Assembly: GCA_963767735.1 (NCBI GenBank)
Contig: CAVYES010000002.1
Span: 96,001 to 160,000 of the forward strand
Length of the DNA stretch: 64,000 nucleotides
Source of the DNA: Candidatus Bathyarchaeota archaeon
GTDB lineage: Archaea; Thermoproteota; Bathyarchaeia; Bathyarchaeales; Bathycorpusculaceae
Direction: 5' to 3'
Shown: in pieces, positions 10,464-20,781 of the stretch
Layout: the number at the start of each line of letters is the position of its first letter
Position numbering within the stretch: the stretch's first letter is position 1
The notes under the pieces: model-generated
What the model was told of the DNA's origin: nothing
Database searches by the model: none
What the model saw: only the letters and a program-made list of their open reading frames with translations
Made by a program: the position numbers and the translations under genes

Positions 10464-11078
10464 ATGATTGTTGGGGCTGTTGTGTTGGCGGCTGGCAAAT
10501 CTGAAAGGATGGGGCAGAACAAGCTTTTTTTGCGTTTGAAAGGAAAAGCGCTAATAGATAACGTTTTGGATGCAGTTGAGGCTGCAGGATTAGCTGAGCA
10601 GGTTATTGTGTTAGGACATGAAGTTGAACTGTTAATTGAAGCATTAAAACCAAGGGTGAACACGCTAAAGATAGCAGTTAATGAAGATTACGAGCAAGGG
10701 ATGACTTCTTCTTTTCAAAAGGGGCTTCGAACGCTGCCTTACGTGGATGCCGCGTTTTTGGTTCTCGGCGATGAACCCATTTTTGAATCTAACTTTTTGA
10801 AGTTAATGGTGCAGCAGATGGAAAATAGCCAAGGCAAAGCGTTGATTGTTAGTCCGATTCATAAAGGGAAGAAGGGGCACCCCCTGCTTTTTCATAGGCA
10901 ACTTTTCCCAGAAATATTAAGCCTTAAAAACTCTCAAACTATACGCGAAATTGTTCATAGATACACTGATCGGCTGCTTACAATTGAGGCGCCCCAGTGG
11001 ACAATCATGGACATTGACACTCCAGAGGACTACGCACGGGTCAGGGGCTTAATAAAAACTGGCACCTGGGTTCTTTAG
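10464..11078 (+). CDS. mocA: Molybdenum cofactor cytidylyltransferase (MocA/MobA-like NTP transferase)
   Basis: VVLAAGKSERMGQNKL, GMTSS, LGDEP, GHPLLF, DIDTPEDY; adjacent to a Mo-hydroxylase cluster. Confidence 0.88.
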   Translation: MIVGAVVLAAGKSERMGQNKLFLRLKGKALIDNVLDAVEAAGLAEQVIVLGHEVELLIEALKPRVNTLKIAVNEDYEQGMTSSFQKGLRTLPYVDAAFLVLGDEPIFESNFLKLMVQQMENSQGKALIVSPIHKGKKGHPLLFHRQLFPEILSLKNSQTIREIVHRYTDRLLTIEAPQWTIMDIDTPEDYARVRGLIKTGTWVL

Positions 11079-11085
11079 AATCGCT

Positions 11086-11883
11086 TTACTCATGCCGTTT
11101 TCTTTGGGATTGGATAATTTCGGCAAGTATGCTTATCCCGATTTCTTCAGGCGTCTCTGCACCTATATCTAAACCCGATGGAGTATGCAGTGCTTTTATG
11201 TGAGTTTCCCTAACGCCTTCAGTTCGAAGTTTCTCAGTGAGAATTTCTTTTTTCTTTGGGCTACCAAGTAAGCCGACATATGCGGTGTTTTTTTCAATTA
11301 CGGCTTTTAACGCAGCATAATCATGTTCAGGTTCACCGTGAGCGATGACTACAGAGTCGGTTTGGCTAAACTCGAATTCGCTGAGGATTTTTGCGTAGTT
11401 GCCTGCGATGATGGTTTCAGCCATAGGGAACTTTTCTTTGCTTGCAAGTTTGCGTTCGTCGTCAACGATGACTACTTTGAAGCCTGCAGTACTGGCTAGC
11501 TTTGCTAAGGGCAGGGCCACGTGACCCGTGCCTACTATGACCAGTCGGGGGGCGGGTTCGATTGCGTCGACTAGTATTGTTAATTCGCCGCCGCAAATCA
11601 TGCCTGTTCCAACGGTGCCGTCTTTCTGGTTTTTACTCAGATTAAAAGTGACGACTCTTGACCTATGCTCTTTTATGGATTTTAAGCACTCGCTGATTAA
11701 GGCGCGCTCAACGTTGCCTCCGCCTATGGTGCCATAAGTTGATCCGTCCTCTCTGACAATCATCTTGGCTCCAACATCGCGGGGACCAGAACCTTTTTTC
11801 TCAACAACTGTACATAAAGCAACACTTTTTCCTTTTTCGAGTAACCGAGTCGCTTCAGTTAAAACTTCTAAATCAGTAGGCAT
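11086..11883 (-). CDS. xdhC: XdhC/CoxI-family Mo-cofactor chaperone
   Basis: GSGPRDVGAKM, GTIGGG, GMICGG, GLDIGAETPEEIGISILAEI. Confidence 0.92.
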   Translation of the reverse strand: MPTDLEVLTEATRLLEKGKSVALCTVVEKKGSGPRDVGAKMIVREDGSTYGTIGGGNVERALISECLKSIKEHRSRVVTFNLSKNQKDGTVGTGMICGGELTILVDAIEPAPRLVIVGTGHVALPLAKLASTAGFKVVIVDDERKLASKEKFPMAETIIAGNYAKILSEFEFSQTDSVVIAHGEPEHDYAALKAVIEKNTAYVGLLGSPKKKEILTEKLRTEGVRETHIKALHTPSGLDIGAETPEEIGISILAEIIQSQRKRHE

Positions 11884-11920
11884 TAAAAAACCACATTAAT
11901 AAATAATTAGAAATTGGCAT

Positions 11921-13945
11921 TTAGGCTTTCGCTTCGAGGAGTTCTTGGGGTTTAACAGGCGTGTGTCTTATGTGTTTGCCCGATACTTTTTCTATGGCTC
12001 TTACTACGGCTAAGGGTACACCAATCGTTGGGGCTTCACCTAAGCCTCTGGCATGATGCGGCATCTTCGAGGGGTGCTCAACGATTTGAATGGTGAATTT
12101 AGGCATGTTTTCGGCGATGGATAAGCCTGCGTCGAATAGGTTTTTTGTTAGCAGGTTGCCTTCTGCGTCATGTACGACTTCTTCGTAGAGTACTTGTCCG
12201 ATACCTTGTATAGTTCCGCCGATGATTTGGCTTTCAATCATCTTTGGATTAAGTGCTCTGCCAACATCGTAGCAGCCAGCGCATTCCTTCACCTTAACTA
12301 TGCCGAACTTGTCGATGCTGACCGTTGCGAGGACTGCGCCAAAAGAGTTTAATTGCACATTTTGGTTTTCATAAACCTCTGATGAATAATTGCCCCTCAA
12401 CAAGTTTTCTACTGTGTAGTTTCCTTCCTTGTTTTCAACTTGTTTCTTCAGTTTTCGGGCTGCTGCAACGACTGCGGCTCCGCCGACAACGGCGGTTCTG
12501 CTTCCCCAACTCCCCACGCCATCCTTAAGCATGCTCGTGTCGCCTCTGTTCAAAGTTACTATGTCTTGGGGGATTCTGAGTTCTTCGTTAAGCAGTTTCT
12601 TGACAAAGACATAGTGTTCTTGACCGTGCTGGTTTCCGCCCAGCCAAACGTTTACTTTGCCGTCTTGCACATTTATTCGGGCAGACTCTCCTCCCCAGAT
12701 GGCTGAGAGTAAAACGAAAAATCCAAGCCCTGCCTTATCGCTTCGTGATTTTTCCTTGTATTTTAAGTCTAAGGCGGCTTGCTTAAAGAATGGGCGTGAA
12801 GCTTCAATCTCTAACCCCAAGGGGGATTTGAAGTTCTCTGTTGTTGTGTTAATGAGGCGAACTTCGTCAGCTTCCATTCCAAGCTCATCAGCCAGCAGAT
12901 CCATCATGCGTTCCCTAAAGAATGCCGCTTCAGGTCTGCCTGCGCCTCGATATGGACCCTGCGGGGGCTTGTTAGTCATAACTGAAGTTGCGAGCACATG
13001 TGCTTTTTCGATGCCGTAAGGACCAGTTAACTGCATACCGATGAAAAAAGGCGACGCTGACCCAGCGCTTCCGCCAAAAGCACCCGCATCTACCAGCACT
13101 TCGCCACGCCACCCCGTTACTTTGCCGTCTTTGTCGGCGTATATCTTCATTTTGCCTCGTACTCCTCTTCCAGGTTGGCTAGCGGCTAGGTGTTCACTGC
13201 GGCTTTCGATCCATTTTACAGGTCGTTTGTACTTCATAGCGGCGTAGGCTGCTATGATATATTCTGGGTAAAGGGCGCTTTTCGAGCCGAACGCGCCTCC
13301 AGTATCTGCCTGAATAACCCGCACCGTGGACTCATCTATTTTAAGTGTCGATGCCAACCCTTCTTTGATGCTGAAGACCGCTTGGGTGGAAATGTAGATG
13401 GTTAATTGGGAGCCGTCATAGTCTGCAATTAAGCCTCTTGGTTCTAAAGGGTTATTTACGATTCGCGCAATTGAAAACTCGTCTTCCAAGATAACGGGTG
13501 ATTTGGGGTCTTCAAAATCGGTGCCCAGCCATCTTTGCATGATAATGTTTGATTTTGTTCCTCTATGCAGAGGTTCGCCTAAAAGGGCTTCATCTATGGT
13601 CAGGATGGGCTTTAGCTTTTCATATTCGACTTCTACTTCATCTAGTTTATCTTCAGCAGCGTAACGGTCGTCTGCAAAAACTGCCGCAACAGGTTGCCCC
13701 ACATAGTTTACGGTATCCTGCGCAAAAACGGGGTGTGCCGAAGCAGGGTTTACGGGTCCGCCCCAACCTTCCCCTCCGCCGCCTACAACTGCTTTTAAGT
13801 CACTTTGGTTCAAGCCGCCTTTTACCGAAAGCACCCGCGCCCGCGCATGAGGACTCCTTGCCACCGTCATATGCAACATATTGGTCAGCTTGATGTCATC
13901 AACGTATTTTCCTGCGCCTCTAACCAGCAGTTTGGATTCGCTCAC
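11921..13945 (-). CDS. Xanthine dehydrogenase-family Mo-binding large subunit (CoxL-like, form II type)
   Basis: GGAFGSK, PYRGAGRPEA, GSWGSR, QIIGGTIQGIGQ, RGLGEAP motifs. Confidence 0.9.
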   Translation of the reverse strand: MSESKLLVRGAGKYVDDIKLTNMLHMTVARSPHARARVLSVKGGLNQSDLKAVVGGGGEGWGGPVNPASAHPVFAQDTVNYVGQPVAAVFADDRYAAEDKLDEVEVEYEKLKPILTIDEALLGEPLHRGTKSNIIMQRWLGTDFEDPKSPVILEDEFSIARIVNNPLEPRGLIADYDGSQLTIYISTQAVFSIKEGLASTLKIDESTVRVIQADTGGAFGSKSALYPEYIIAAYAAMKYKRPVKWIESRSEHLAASQPGRGVRGKMKIYADKDGKVTGWRGEVLVDAGAFGGSAGSASPFFIGMQLTGPYGIEKAHVLATSVMTNKPPQGPYRGAGRPEAAFFRERMMDLLADELGMEADEVRLINTTTENFKSPLGLEIEASRPFFKQAALDLKYKEKSRSDKAGLGFFVLLSAIWGGESARINVQDGKVNVWLGGNQHGQEHYVFVKKLLNEELRIPQDIVTLNRGDTSMLKDGVGSWGSRTAVVGGAAVVAAARKLKKQVENKEGNYTVENLLRGNYSSEVYENQNVQLNSFGAVLATVSIDKFGIVKVKECAGCYDVGRALNPKMIESQIIGGTIQGIGQVLYEEVVHDAEGNLLTKNLFDAGLSIAENMPKFTIQIVEHPSKMPHHARGLGEAPTIGVPLAVVRAIEKVSGKHIRHTPVKPQELLEAKA

Positions 13946-14433
13946 TCTTCGTCACCGCCTTGCTTTCTCATCAATTCATTTGCATACTTGACGGCTTCCA
14001 CAATTCCATAGTAACCCGTGCAGCGGCATAAATTGCCTGAGAGCATCTTCTTTATCTCTTCATCACTAAAATCCCTGTTTTGCCTCAAAATCCAATAAGA
14101 AGTCATTATCATCCCCGGCGTGCAAAAGCCGCATTGCAACCCTTGCTTTTCGATAAACGCCTTCTGCAGCGGATGCAAGTCACCTTCTTTTGCCAATCCT
14201 TCAATGGTGAGTATTTCTTTGCCGTTTGCCTGCACGCCAAGCATCGTGCAGGATTTGACTACTTTACCATCCACCAAAACTGTGCATGCACCACAATTCG
14301 TCGTATCACAGGCATTGTGCGTGCCTGTTAGCCCAAGGTCTTCTCTAAGCACACTCACAAGTAACCTTCTTGGCTCTAATTCAAACTCAACAGGTTTCCC
14401 ATTCACCTTAAAACTTGTCTTAACTTTTCTCAT
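13942..14433 (-). CDS. [2Fe-2S] small subunit (CoxS/CutS family)
   Basis: CDTTNCGACTV...SC and QCGFCTPG...GNLCRCTGY. Confidence 0.95.
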   Translation of the reverse strand: MRKVKTSFKVNGKPVEFELEPRRLLVSVLREDLGLTGTHNACDTTNCGACTVLVDGKVVKSCTMLGVQANGKEILTIEGLAKEGDLHPLQKAFIEKQGLQCGFCTPGMIMTSYWILRQNRDFSDEEIKKMLSGNLCRCTGYYGIVEAVKYANELMRKQGGDEE

Positions 14434-15307
14434 AGTCACCCATCACCGCTCGCTTAAACGCAGCTTCCAGAGCGTCTTTCACTAAGATATCGAGCACTTT
14501 GCGCCGATAATCTTCTGACGCAGTAATATCCGTAACCGGTTTTGACGCTTCTACCGCCAACTTTGCAACATTATCCAGTGCAGTTGCTTCAAGAGTCTTT
14601 CCTATGAAAGCCTGTTCAGCTTCTGGAGCCCTCAACGCCTTAGGACCGACAGCAGTCATTGCTAGCCTGCATTCAGAAACCATATTATCATCCGAAACCG
14701 AAACATGCGCTGCAGCACCAGCTATAGCGAAACCGCCAGAGCCTTTCTTGACTTTGCGGTAAGCACTCCCAACCCTGCCTTCCTGCAGGGGTATCTGGAT
14801 TTCAGTAAGAACCTCGTTTGGTTTAAGTACGGTTTTAAATTTGCCTAAAAAGAATGCGTCTGAATGGATAATTCTCGTTCCCTCTTTACTAGCTATCGCA
14901 AATGATGCGTTTAAGGCAAGCATCGTCGCTGGCAGGTCGTTTGCTGGGGCCGCATGGCATAAGTTGCCGCCGACGGTGCCCAGGTTCCTGACTAATGGGT
15001 CAGCGATTTCCGCTGCGGTCTCCGTTAAAATCGGCAGTAAAGCAGCAATCGCATTGTCATTTTCTAAAGTGCCCGTAGTTGTTAAAGCGCCGATTCTAAG
15101 CGTATTTTCTTCTTTGCAGATGTAATTGAGCTCTTTGATGCCCGTTATATCCACTACGTTTTTAGGAGAAAGAGTCCTCAGCTTCAAAGCAGGTATTAAG
15201 CTCTGCCCGCCCGCCAAAATTTTCGTTTCAACGCCCAACGTTTGAAGAAGCTCTAAAGCGTCGGCAAGGTTCTTCGGCGAAAAATAATCAAAAGGTCGAG
15301 GAAACAT
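14420..15307 (-). CDS. FAD-binding medium subunit (CoxM/CutM family)
   Basis: MFPRPFDY start, LAGGQSLIP, RNLGTVGGNL, ASEDYRR. Confidence 0.93.
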   Translation of the reverse strand: MFPRPFDYFSPKNLADALELLQTLGVETKILAGGQSLIPALKLRTLSPKNVVDITGIKELNYICKEENTLRIGALTTTGTLENDNAIAALLPILTETAAEIADPLVRNLGTVGGNLCHAAPANDLPATMLALNASFAIASKEGTRIIHSDAFFLGKFKTVLKPNEVLTEIQIPLQEGRVGSAYRKVKKGSGGFAIAGAAAHVSVSDDNMVSECRLAMTAVGPKALRAPEAEQAFIGKTLEATALDNVAKLAVEASKPVTDITASEDYRRKVLDILVKDALEAAFKRAVMGDYEKS

Positions 15308-15400
15308 AACAAAGACCCTGTTAAACAGAAAGATTTTGCGAAATATAAACACTATTGGATGCGCACAAATCGTTTTCTTTAAGTGCTAGCCGCTTCTGCA

Positions 15401-15439
15401 TTCAATTTTGCTAAAGCAATTCAATTGCTAAATTGATAC
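15401..15439 (+). repeat. 39-bp quasi-palindromic dispersed element, copy 2
   Basis: TTCAATTTTGCTA-AAGCAATTCAA-TTGCTAAATTGATAC. Confidence 0.9.
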
Positions 15440-15524
15440 CTACTCTCGAAAGAATTAAAAATAATTAATTAATACGGTCAAGCTAACAAGTAACTATCAT
15501 TAACATTAATGGATATAGTGATGT

Positions 15525-15749
15525 TTGTTGACGGATAAATCAACGGAGCAAAATAAGAAAAGAAAATTTTCAGTTAAATTCTGTCCAAAATGCGGTTCAC
15601 CTGATGTGTTCTGGGCTCAAGGCATGCCTCAACTATGGTCGATATGGCAGTGCAAAAACTGCGGTTACCGGGGAGCATTGATTCTTGAAGATGGTAACCT
15701 TGCCGAAAAGCTTCAAAAAGAATGGAAAGGCACACACTTGAAGAAATAA
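15525..15749 (+). CDS. Small zinc-ribbon protein
   Basis: FCPKCGS...WQCKNCGY. Confidence 0.8.
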   Translation: MLTDKSTEQNKKRKFSVKFCPKCGSPDVFWAQGMPQLWSIWQCKNCGYRGALILEDGNLAEKLQKEWKGTHLKK

Positions 15750-15859
15750 AATCTTAATGGCAAGCAAAATCGTGTTTTCATGCGGCTACCCGTTGAAAGG
15801 TTTAATGTAAGTTTTTAAATCACTTAGCAGACTTAACATGTACATGGAGCAAGCGTCAA

Positions 15860-16681
15860 GTGTCTTACCACTTTAACATCCCATACCGAAGTAACACCAA
15901 ACTCAAGGCAGTTATGGAGAGAATAAAAGAAGACAAGAAACTGCAAACTTACTGGAAATGCGCCAACGTTATGGCGATTGAGCGAATGGGCTATACTGAT
16001 CATGGTCCGACGCACGTTAAAATTGTGGCGAACCTTGGGTTGAAGCTGCTGAGAATTCTTGTTGAGAAAAAACTCATAACGCCGAGCATAGTGGAAAATT
16101 ATGGAATGACAAATGATGATGCTGAAGTTGTTGTTGTTTTAGGCTCAATCTTCCACGATTTAGGCATGATTGTCCAAAGGTACAGACATGAAGAGTACGG
16201 TGCGCTTTTAGCTTTAGAGTTTTTGGAGAAATGTTTGCCGCCAACCTACAGTGAAGAAGAAATCGCAATAGTGACTTCGGAAGTCCTCCATGCAATCGTA
16301 ACCCATGATGGAGATGCCGGCAGCAACAAACCGCCTCACAATAAGATATTAACCAAAGAAGCAGGCATAGTCAGCATAGCTGACGCATTGGACATGGAAG
16401 CAGGAAGAGCCCGAATCCCCTTTCAAGCTGGAAAAGTAGACATCCACGCCGTCTCAGCCCTCTCCATTGAAAAAGTGGAAGTGGAATGTGCCGAAAACGT
16501 TGAAAACGGGCAAAAACCAATCAACATAAAAATTAAAATGTCCAACTCAGCAGGCGTATTTCAAATAGATGAGCTCCTAAAACCAAGAATCGTAAATTCA
16601 GGACTTGAACAATTCTTCCACGTAATCGCAGAAATCACAGGAGAAAAAGAAAATAGAATAATAGAGAAATTCGAGATCTAA
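15860..16681 (+). CDS. HD-domain phosphohydrolase
   Basis: DHGPTH...FHDLG...HAIVTHD...ADALDM. Confidence 0.88.
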   Translation: MSYHFNIPYRSNTKLKAVMERIKEDKKLQTYWKCANVMAIERMGYTDHGPTHVKIVANLGLKLLRILVEKKLITPSIVENYGMTNDDAEVVVVLGSIFHDLGMIVQRYRHEEYGALLALEFLEKCLPPTYSEEEIAIVTSEVLHAIVTHDGDAGSNKPPHNKILTKEAGIVSIADALDMEAGRARIPFQAGKVDIHAVSALSIEKVEVECAENVENGQKPINIKIKMSNSAGVFQIDELLKPRIVNSGLEQFFHVIAEITGEKENRIIEKFEI

Positions 16682-16779
16682 AATTCTTTTTGCCACTTAC
16701 TCGAGCTTGCTTGAGATAACTTTTTTTATTTTTCTTTATATACTCAAATTTGTAGAAAACTCTACTTAAAACGTTAATT

Positions 16780-16875
16780 CAAACCCTAAATCCGAAAACA
16801 ACTTCAAAAACAAGCCAAAACCCCGCCTACCTATAGACCACCCTACTATTTGTGCCCAAAACCAGCCACAAAAAC
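16780..16875 (+). repeat. Degenerate ~100-bp intergenic repeat (core CTACCTATAGACC), copy 1
   Basis: Core at 16827-16839 matches the reverse complement of 23014-23026; flanks (AAAACAAGCC, TTTGTG-CAAAA, CACAAAA) are also similar. Confidence 0.65.
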
Positions 16876-16882
16876 GGGGGGT

Positions 16883-18232
16883 TTATCCGTCTGTGCCGTA
16901 GCCGCTGATTGTGACAACTGCGTTTGTTGAGCTGGCGCTTGATTGTGCGTCTATCACAACGCCTGAAATTATGTCTTGCGAGGGATACAATTGCATCATT
17001 TGGTCGTTACTTAGCCATACTGCTCCGCTGCTGGTGAAGGTTTGAGTTACGCCGTTTGAGATTACGTTGTCAGCAAATAGCAAGCGAATTCTGACGGTGA
17101 CGGTCTCGTTGTTGGCGAAGTTGCCTTCAACTTGAATTTGGGGTTCGAAAGTGAAAATATCTAGCGGAAGCACTTGGATAGTCGTGTTAGCGCCATACTG
17201 GCTGTTTACGCCTACTGGAATATTGACGTTTTCTCTTTCAAATGCGCTGCTGACTCCAGAAATCCATATGCCATAGGGGTTATGAATGCTCGCTGTCCAA
17301 TTGCCTAAGAAGTTGACGCCGCCGTCGATAGTTGGGGCAGGATTACATGTTTGTTCAAGACCTATCGCGAACATGTCATTTGGAACATCAGTGAAGGATT
17401 CAAACACAACACCAATTAGCAGGGTCTGGTCCATTGAGCCGCCAACTAAAAGTCCGGTTTGATTAGTTACTCCATCTTGACCCATCCACATTCGGACATC
17501 CTGCAGTTGACTATCCGAAAACTGAGCAGACGGCTCAACGTTGATGCCGACGGAATTGTCTCTAATGTTGAAGAAGCAGCTGTCGATTTCTGAGCTGGCA
17601 TAGGAGCCAGTAGCGTTGCCAACGGGCGTCAGGAAAGCTATGCCTTGTGTGGCATTTATGAAACTGCAATCTTCAATTTTTGTGTCTTCACTCCAAGATC
17701 TCGTATTAGCTAATTCGATGCCAACTGAAGTATTCTCGAAAATCATGTTAGAAATCGTTGTTCCAAATGAGTTCTCAACTGCAACGGTTCCATCGATTAT
17801 AGTTAAACCTGAAATGGTCGCGTACTGGGAATCCGTGTAGTTGTCGCCGTAAATGATTATTTCATGTCCATTGCCAATTATGGTTGCTCCGTTGCCAACG
17901 ATTTGAGCATTTATTTTGTTGGAAACCAAAACGTTCCCGCTTAAAGTGTAAGTTCCAGGGTTAAGATAAACAGAGTTCCCCTGAGCAAACGCTGAATTAA
18001 TAGCTAACGAAGCACTTCCCGAAACGCTTGATGTGGAACCAGTTAACATGTTTTTTAATTGATAATTATTACCGTTTTGGGAAACAATAAAATCATATGG
18101 TATTGCGGAATCTCCAGAACTGCTGGGTCGGCTAAAAATCATGTAGGTGTTAAATGCGGACAGCGCAAGCAAAGCTACAAGAAGAACGGCGATAAGACGT
18201 TTAGATATAGTTATCTTTGAGTTTGCTTGCAT
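16883..18232 (-). CDS. Membrane-anchored right-handed beta-helix (pectin-lyase-like) protein
   Basis: N-terminal TM; AINSA...VYLNPGTY...IVGNGATI beta-helix entry motif; N/S/T/I-rich repeats. Confidence 0.7.
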   Translation of the reverse strand: MQANSKITISKRLIAVLLVALLALSAFNTYMIFSRPSSSGDSAIPYDFIVSQNGNNYQLKNMLTGSTSSVSGSASLAINSAFAQGNSVYLNPGTYTLSGNVLVSNKINAQIVGNGATIIGNGHEIIIYGDNYTDSQYATISGLTIIDGTVAVENSFGTTISNMIFENTSVGIELANTRSWSEDTKIEDCSFINATQGIAFLTPVGNATGSYASSEIDSCFFNIRDNSVGINVEPSAQFSDSQLQDVRMWMGQDGVTNQTGLLVGGSMDQTLLIGVVFESFTDVPNDMFAIGLEQTCNPAPTIDGGVNFLGNWTASIHNPYGIWISGVSSAFERENVNIPVGVNSQYGANTTIQVLPLDIFTFEPQIQVEGNFANNETVTVRIRLLFADNVISNGVTQTFTSSGAVWLSNDQMMQLYPSQDIISGVVIDAQSSASSTNAVVTISGYGTDG

Positions 18233-18889
18233 TTTGAGGGCTCAAGCGGTTTTGAATTACATGTATAAACCATCGTTAATTAAATTTTATGCCATAAACG
18301 CATATTCAAACGCTTTTCAGGCACAACGCAAAATCCTTAAGATTGAATGTTGCAAAACAAAACAGCGAGGGAAGTTCTGAATGGCTCATCTCAAACGCCT
18401 CCAAAACATCAAAGCTTCTCTTGGCGTACTTTCTGTGCTTGTGCTCGTGCGTGGTCGCAGAAAACCTTATGCAGGGCAACCGATGCTTCTCCGTCTATTT
18501 TTTCAGTACTACTAGCCGTCTCCTTTCCCCTGTGTACTCACAGTTTCGACCCGATTTAAAGCAGATTTCGCGTACACTAATATGTAAAAAATTAAAATAT
18601 TATAGCAATCGCCCTCGCATGCATTTCTGCTTCACATGCACGTTGAACAAAAATAGCTACGGAAAAAACTGGCTTTGAAACGTTTTCTGTGCGGTAGAAG
18701 TTGAATGAGCTTGTTTACTATCTAATCAATGATTCGTGTTTTTCAAGCGATAAAGGCAATACGCAGATAACGCTAGCTCTGCAACTAATGGAAGCTGGAT
18801 TGGACGTTGTAATCACTGATCCAGACTGCACACAATACATTAGAAAACTAATGATGACAGAAAAGTTTATTATTTGTCCAAAAGCAAGG

Positions 18890-19186
18890 TCAAAGTTTCA
18901 CTATCTGGGCGTGGGGTATACCCTCTATATTCAGAACCGCATCAGGATGAACGTAACCTTCTTCTATAGCTTTTTTTACACAGCATTTGCCTACAAGGTT
19001 CACTATGGTTGAATTATCAATCATGCCCATGGCTTCTTCAACAGTTGCTTTTCTGCCATTATAAAATTCATCTTTAATATGGAAGACAATTTTGCCTTCC
19101 CGAAGAGTTCTGCCGAGCAGTTCACAGTCGCAGACCGCTAACAGTACATTTCTGCCCGCTTGCTTGAGGTTCACGTAGACTTCCAA
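18890..19186 (-). CDS. DUF424-family protein
   Basis: LAVCDCELLG, FYNG, NLVG...GIPHAQ; conserved next to aIF-2beta; TTG start. Confidence 0.85.
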   Translation of the reverse strand: MEVYVNLKQAGRNVLLAVCDCELLGRTLREGKIVFHIKDEFYNGRKATVEEAMGMIDNSTIVNLVGKCCVKKAIEEGYVHPDAVLNIEGIPHAQIVKL

Positions 19187-19196
19187 TTTAGGTCGC

Positions 19197-19607
19197 CTAT
19201 AACTGTTTAATAGATGATTTTGCTCCGCAAGCATTGCATACTAGAAAAGATAATCGTTTTTCCTTAACGATTCTGGTGTCAGGTCGTTTGCATATTGGGC
19301 AAACTACGTAACTATCTAAATACCGCTGTAGTAAGCGTTCAAAACTGTCGCGACGAAATTTTCCTTGAAAAATCGCTCTGGAATCTTGAAAAGTCGCCGC
19401 AGTAGCCATTTCACGAGTTAAGAACTTCAAAATATGCTGAGGATCGCGGTCCAAAGCATCAGCCACTTCTTTGAAATTAGCAATAATCGTTCGCATACCA
19501 ACCGTGTTAACATATAGGTTTGGCATTTCCAAGCGCTCATGCTTAGTGGAAACTTCGGGCATTTGAGCGCACGCCTTCTTCAGCAGATCCTCATAATTAA
19601 ACGACAT
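19197..19607 (-). CDS. eif2b: Translation initiation factor aIF-2 beta subunit
   Basis: YEDLL...RTIIANF...YVVCPICKRPDT...CNACGA. Confidence 0.95.
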   Translation of the reverse strand: MSFNYEDLLKKACAQMPEVSTKHERLEMPNLYVNTVGMRTIIANFKEVADALDRDPQHILKFLTREMATAATFQDSRAIFQGKFRRDSFERLLQRYLDSYVVCPICKRPDTRIVKEKRLSFLVCNACGAKSSIKQL

Positions 19608-19775
19608 AACATTTACCATCCCATCAATCATTGTGACAGCCTGTATTTAAAAATTATAATCTGGAAGCAAGGGTTTACCATGTTAATCTACATATTTTGT
19701 ACAGAAAATCATTATAAATGCTTATGTAACAATGCTCATTAGTTTCAACAATACTAGGTAGAGGGGCTAACATAA

Positions 19776-20747
19776 ATGTCAGAGCAGCAAAAACCTGTAA
19801 AAATAGAAGACATTAATCAGCAAATTGAAAAATTAAGAGAACAAGCTAATACAGCAGACGTTCAAATAAAAAAGTATATTGAACAAAGAAACCAGCTAAA
19901 CGATCAAGTAAAACTTGCCCGTGAAGAAATTGACGATTTAAAAACCGAGCGCGACAGCATAAACGAAAAAGTTAAGCTGCTAAAACAGCAAAGAGATGAA
20001 ATCAGAGCTAAAACTTCGCCAATCACCGAAAAAATAAACGCCATAAAAGAAAAAATCGATGAGCTTAAAAAGAAAGTACCGCGTGAGAGGCAGCAGGACT
20101 TGCAAGAAGAGCTGGAAGCTATCGAATGGAAGATTCAGACAACTTCTCTTGATTTGCAAGAGGAAAAAGGGCTAATTGAGAACGTCAAGCAGCTTGAAAC
20201 ACTGCTTAGCAGTTACAAAAAAATAGACCTTAAATACAAAAAAATGAAGGAGTTAATAATCCAGCGGCAAGCCATCGAAGCCCAAGCTGACGTATTTCAT
20301 AATGAATTAACTGATTTAGCCAAGAAAAGCCAAGACATACATTCCAAAATGATAGAAAAAGTAAACACCGCCAAAATAACCAGAGCCCAAGCTGACAGTC
20401 TACATCAAGCTTACGTCAAAACGAAAGAGGACATCCTTCAGATTCACGTGAAAATCGCAGAATTAACTGGGCAAATTCAAGGTTTGCGCGCAGCTATGAG
20501 AGAGGAAGATAAAGCAAGGCGACTTGTAGCTCAGCAGGCTTTTATGGAAAGACAGTTGGCTGATAAAGAAAGACAACAAGCGGATAAAGAAAAACAGCAG
20601 GTTGTCAAGGAAAAAGAGAAGGCTATTAAAGAAAAGCTTGGGGCTGAAGCGAGGGATAAGCTGCAGAAGGGCGAAAAATTAAGTTGGAATGAGTTTCAGC
20701 TTGTCATGGGAGAGGATGAAGGGGACGAGTCTAAAACACAAGATTAA
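19776..20747 (+). CDS. Archaeal coiled-coil protein
   Basis: Long heptad-rich helix, IEWKIQTTSL motif, KLQKGEKLSW ending; conserved upstream of DUF373. Confidence 0.8.
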   Translation: MSEQQKPVKIEDINQQIEKLREQANTADVQIKKYIEQRNQLNDQVKLAREEIDDLKTERDSINEKVKLLKQQRDEIRAKTSPITEKINAIKEKIDELKKKVPRERQQDLQEELEAIEWKIQTTSLDLQEEKGLIENVKQLETLLSSYKKIDLKYKKMKELIIQRQAIEAQADVFHNELTDLAKKSQDIHSKMIEKVNTAKITRAQADSLHQAYVKTKEDILQIHVKIAELTGQIQGLRAAMREEDKARRLVAQQAFMERQLADKERQQADKEKQQVVKEKEKAIKEKLGAEARDKLQKGEKLSWNEFQLVMGEDEGDESKTQD

Positions 20748-20781
20748 AGTTAAGTGGCAGTATTAGGGAATAGAGATGTAG

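Noticed and set aside
11921-15307. Aerobic CO dehydrogenase (form I)
   Set aside because: Lacks the AYxCSFR loop and coxD/E/G accessory genes.
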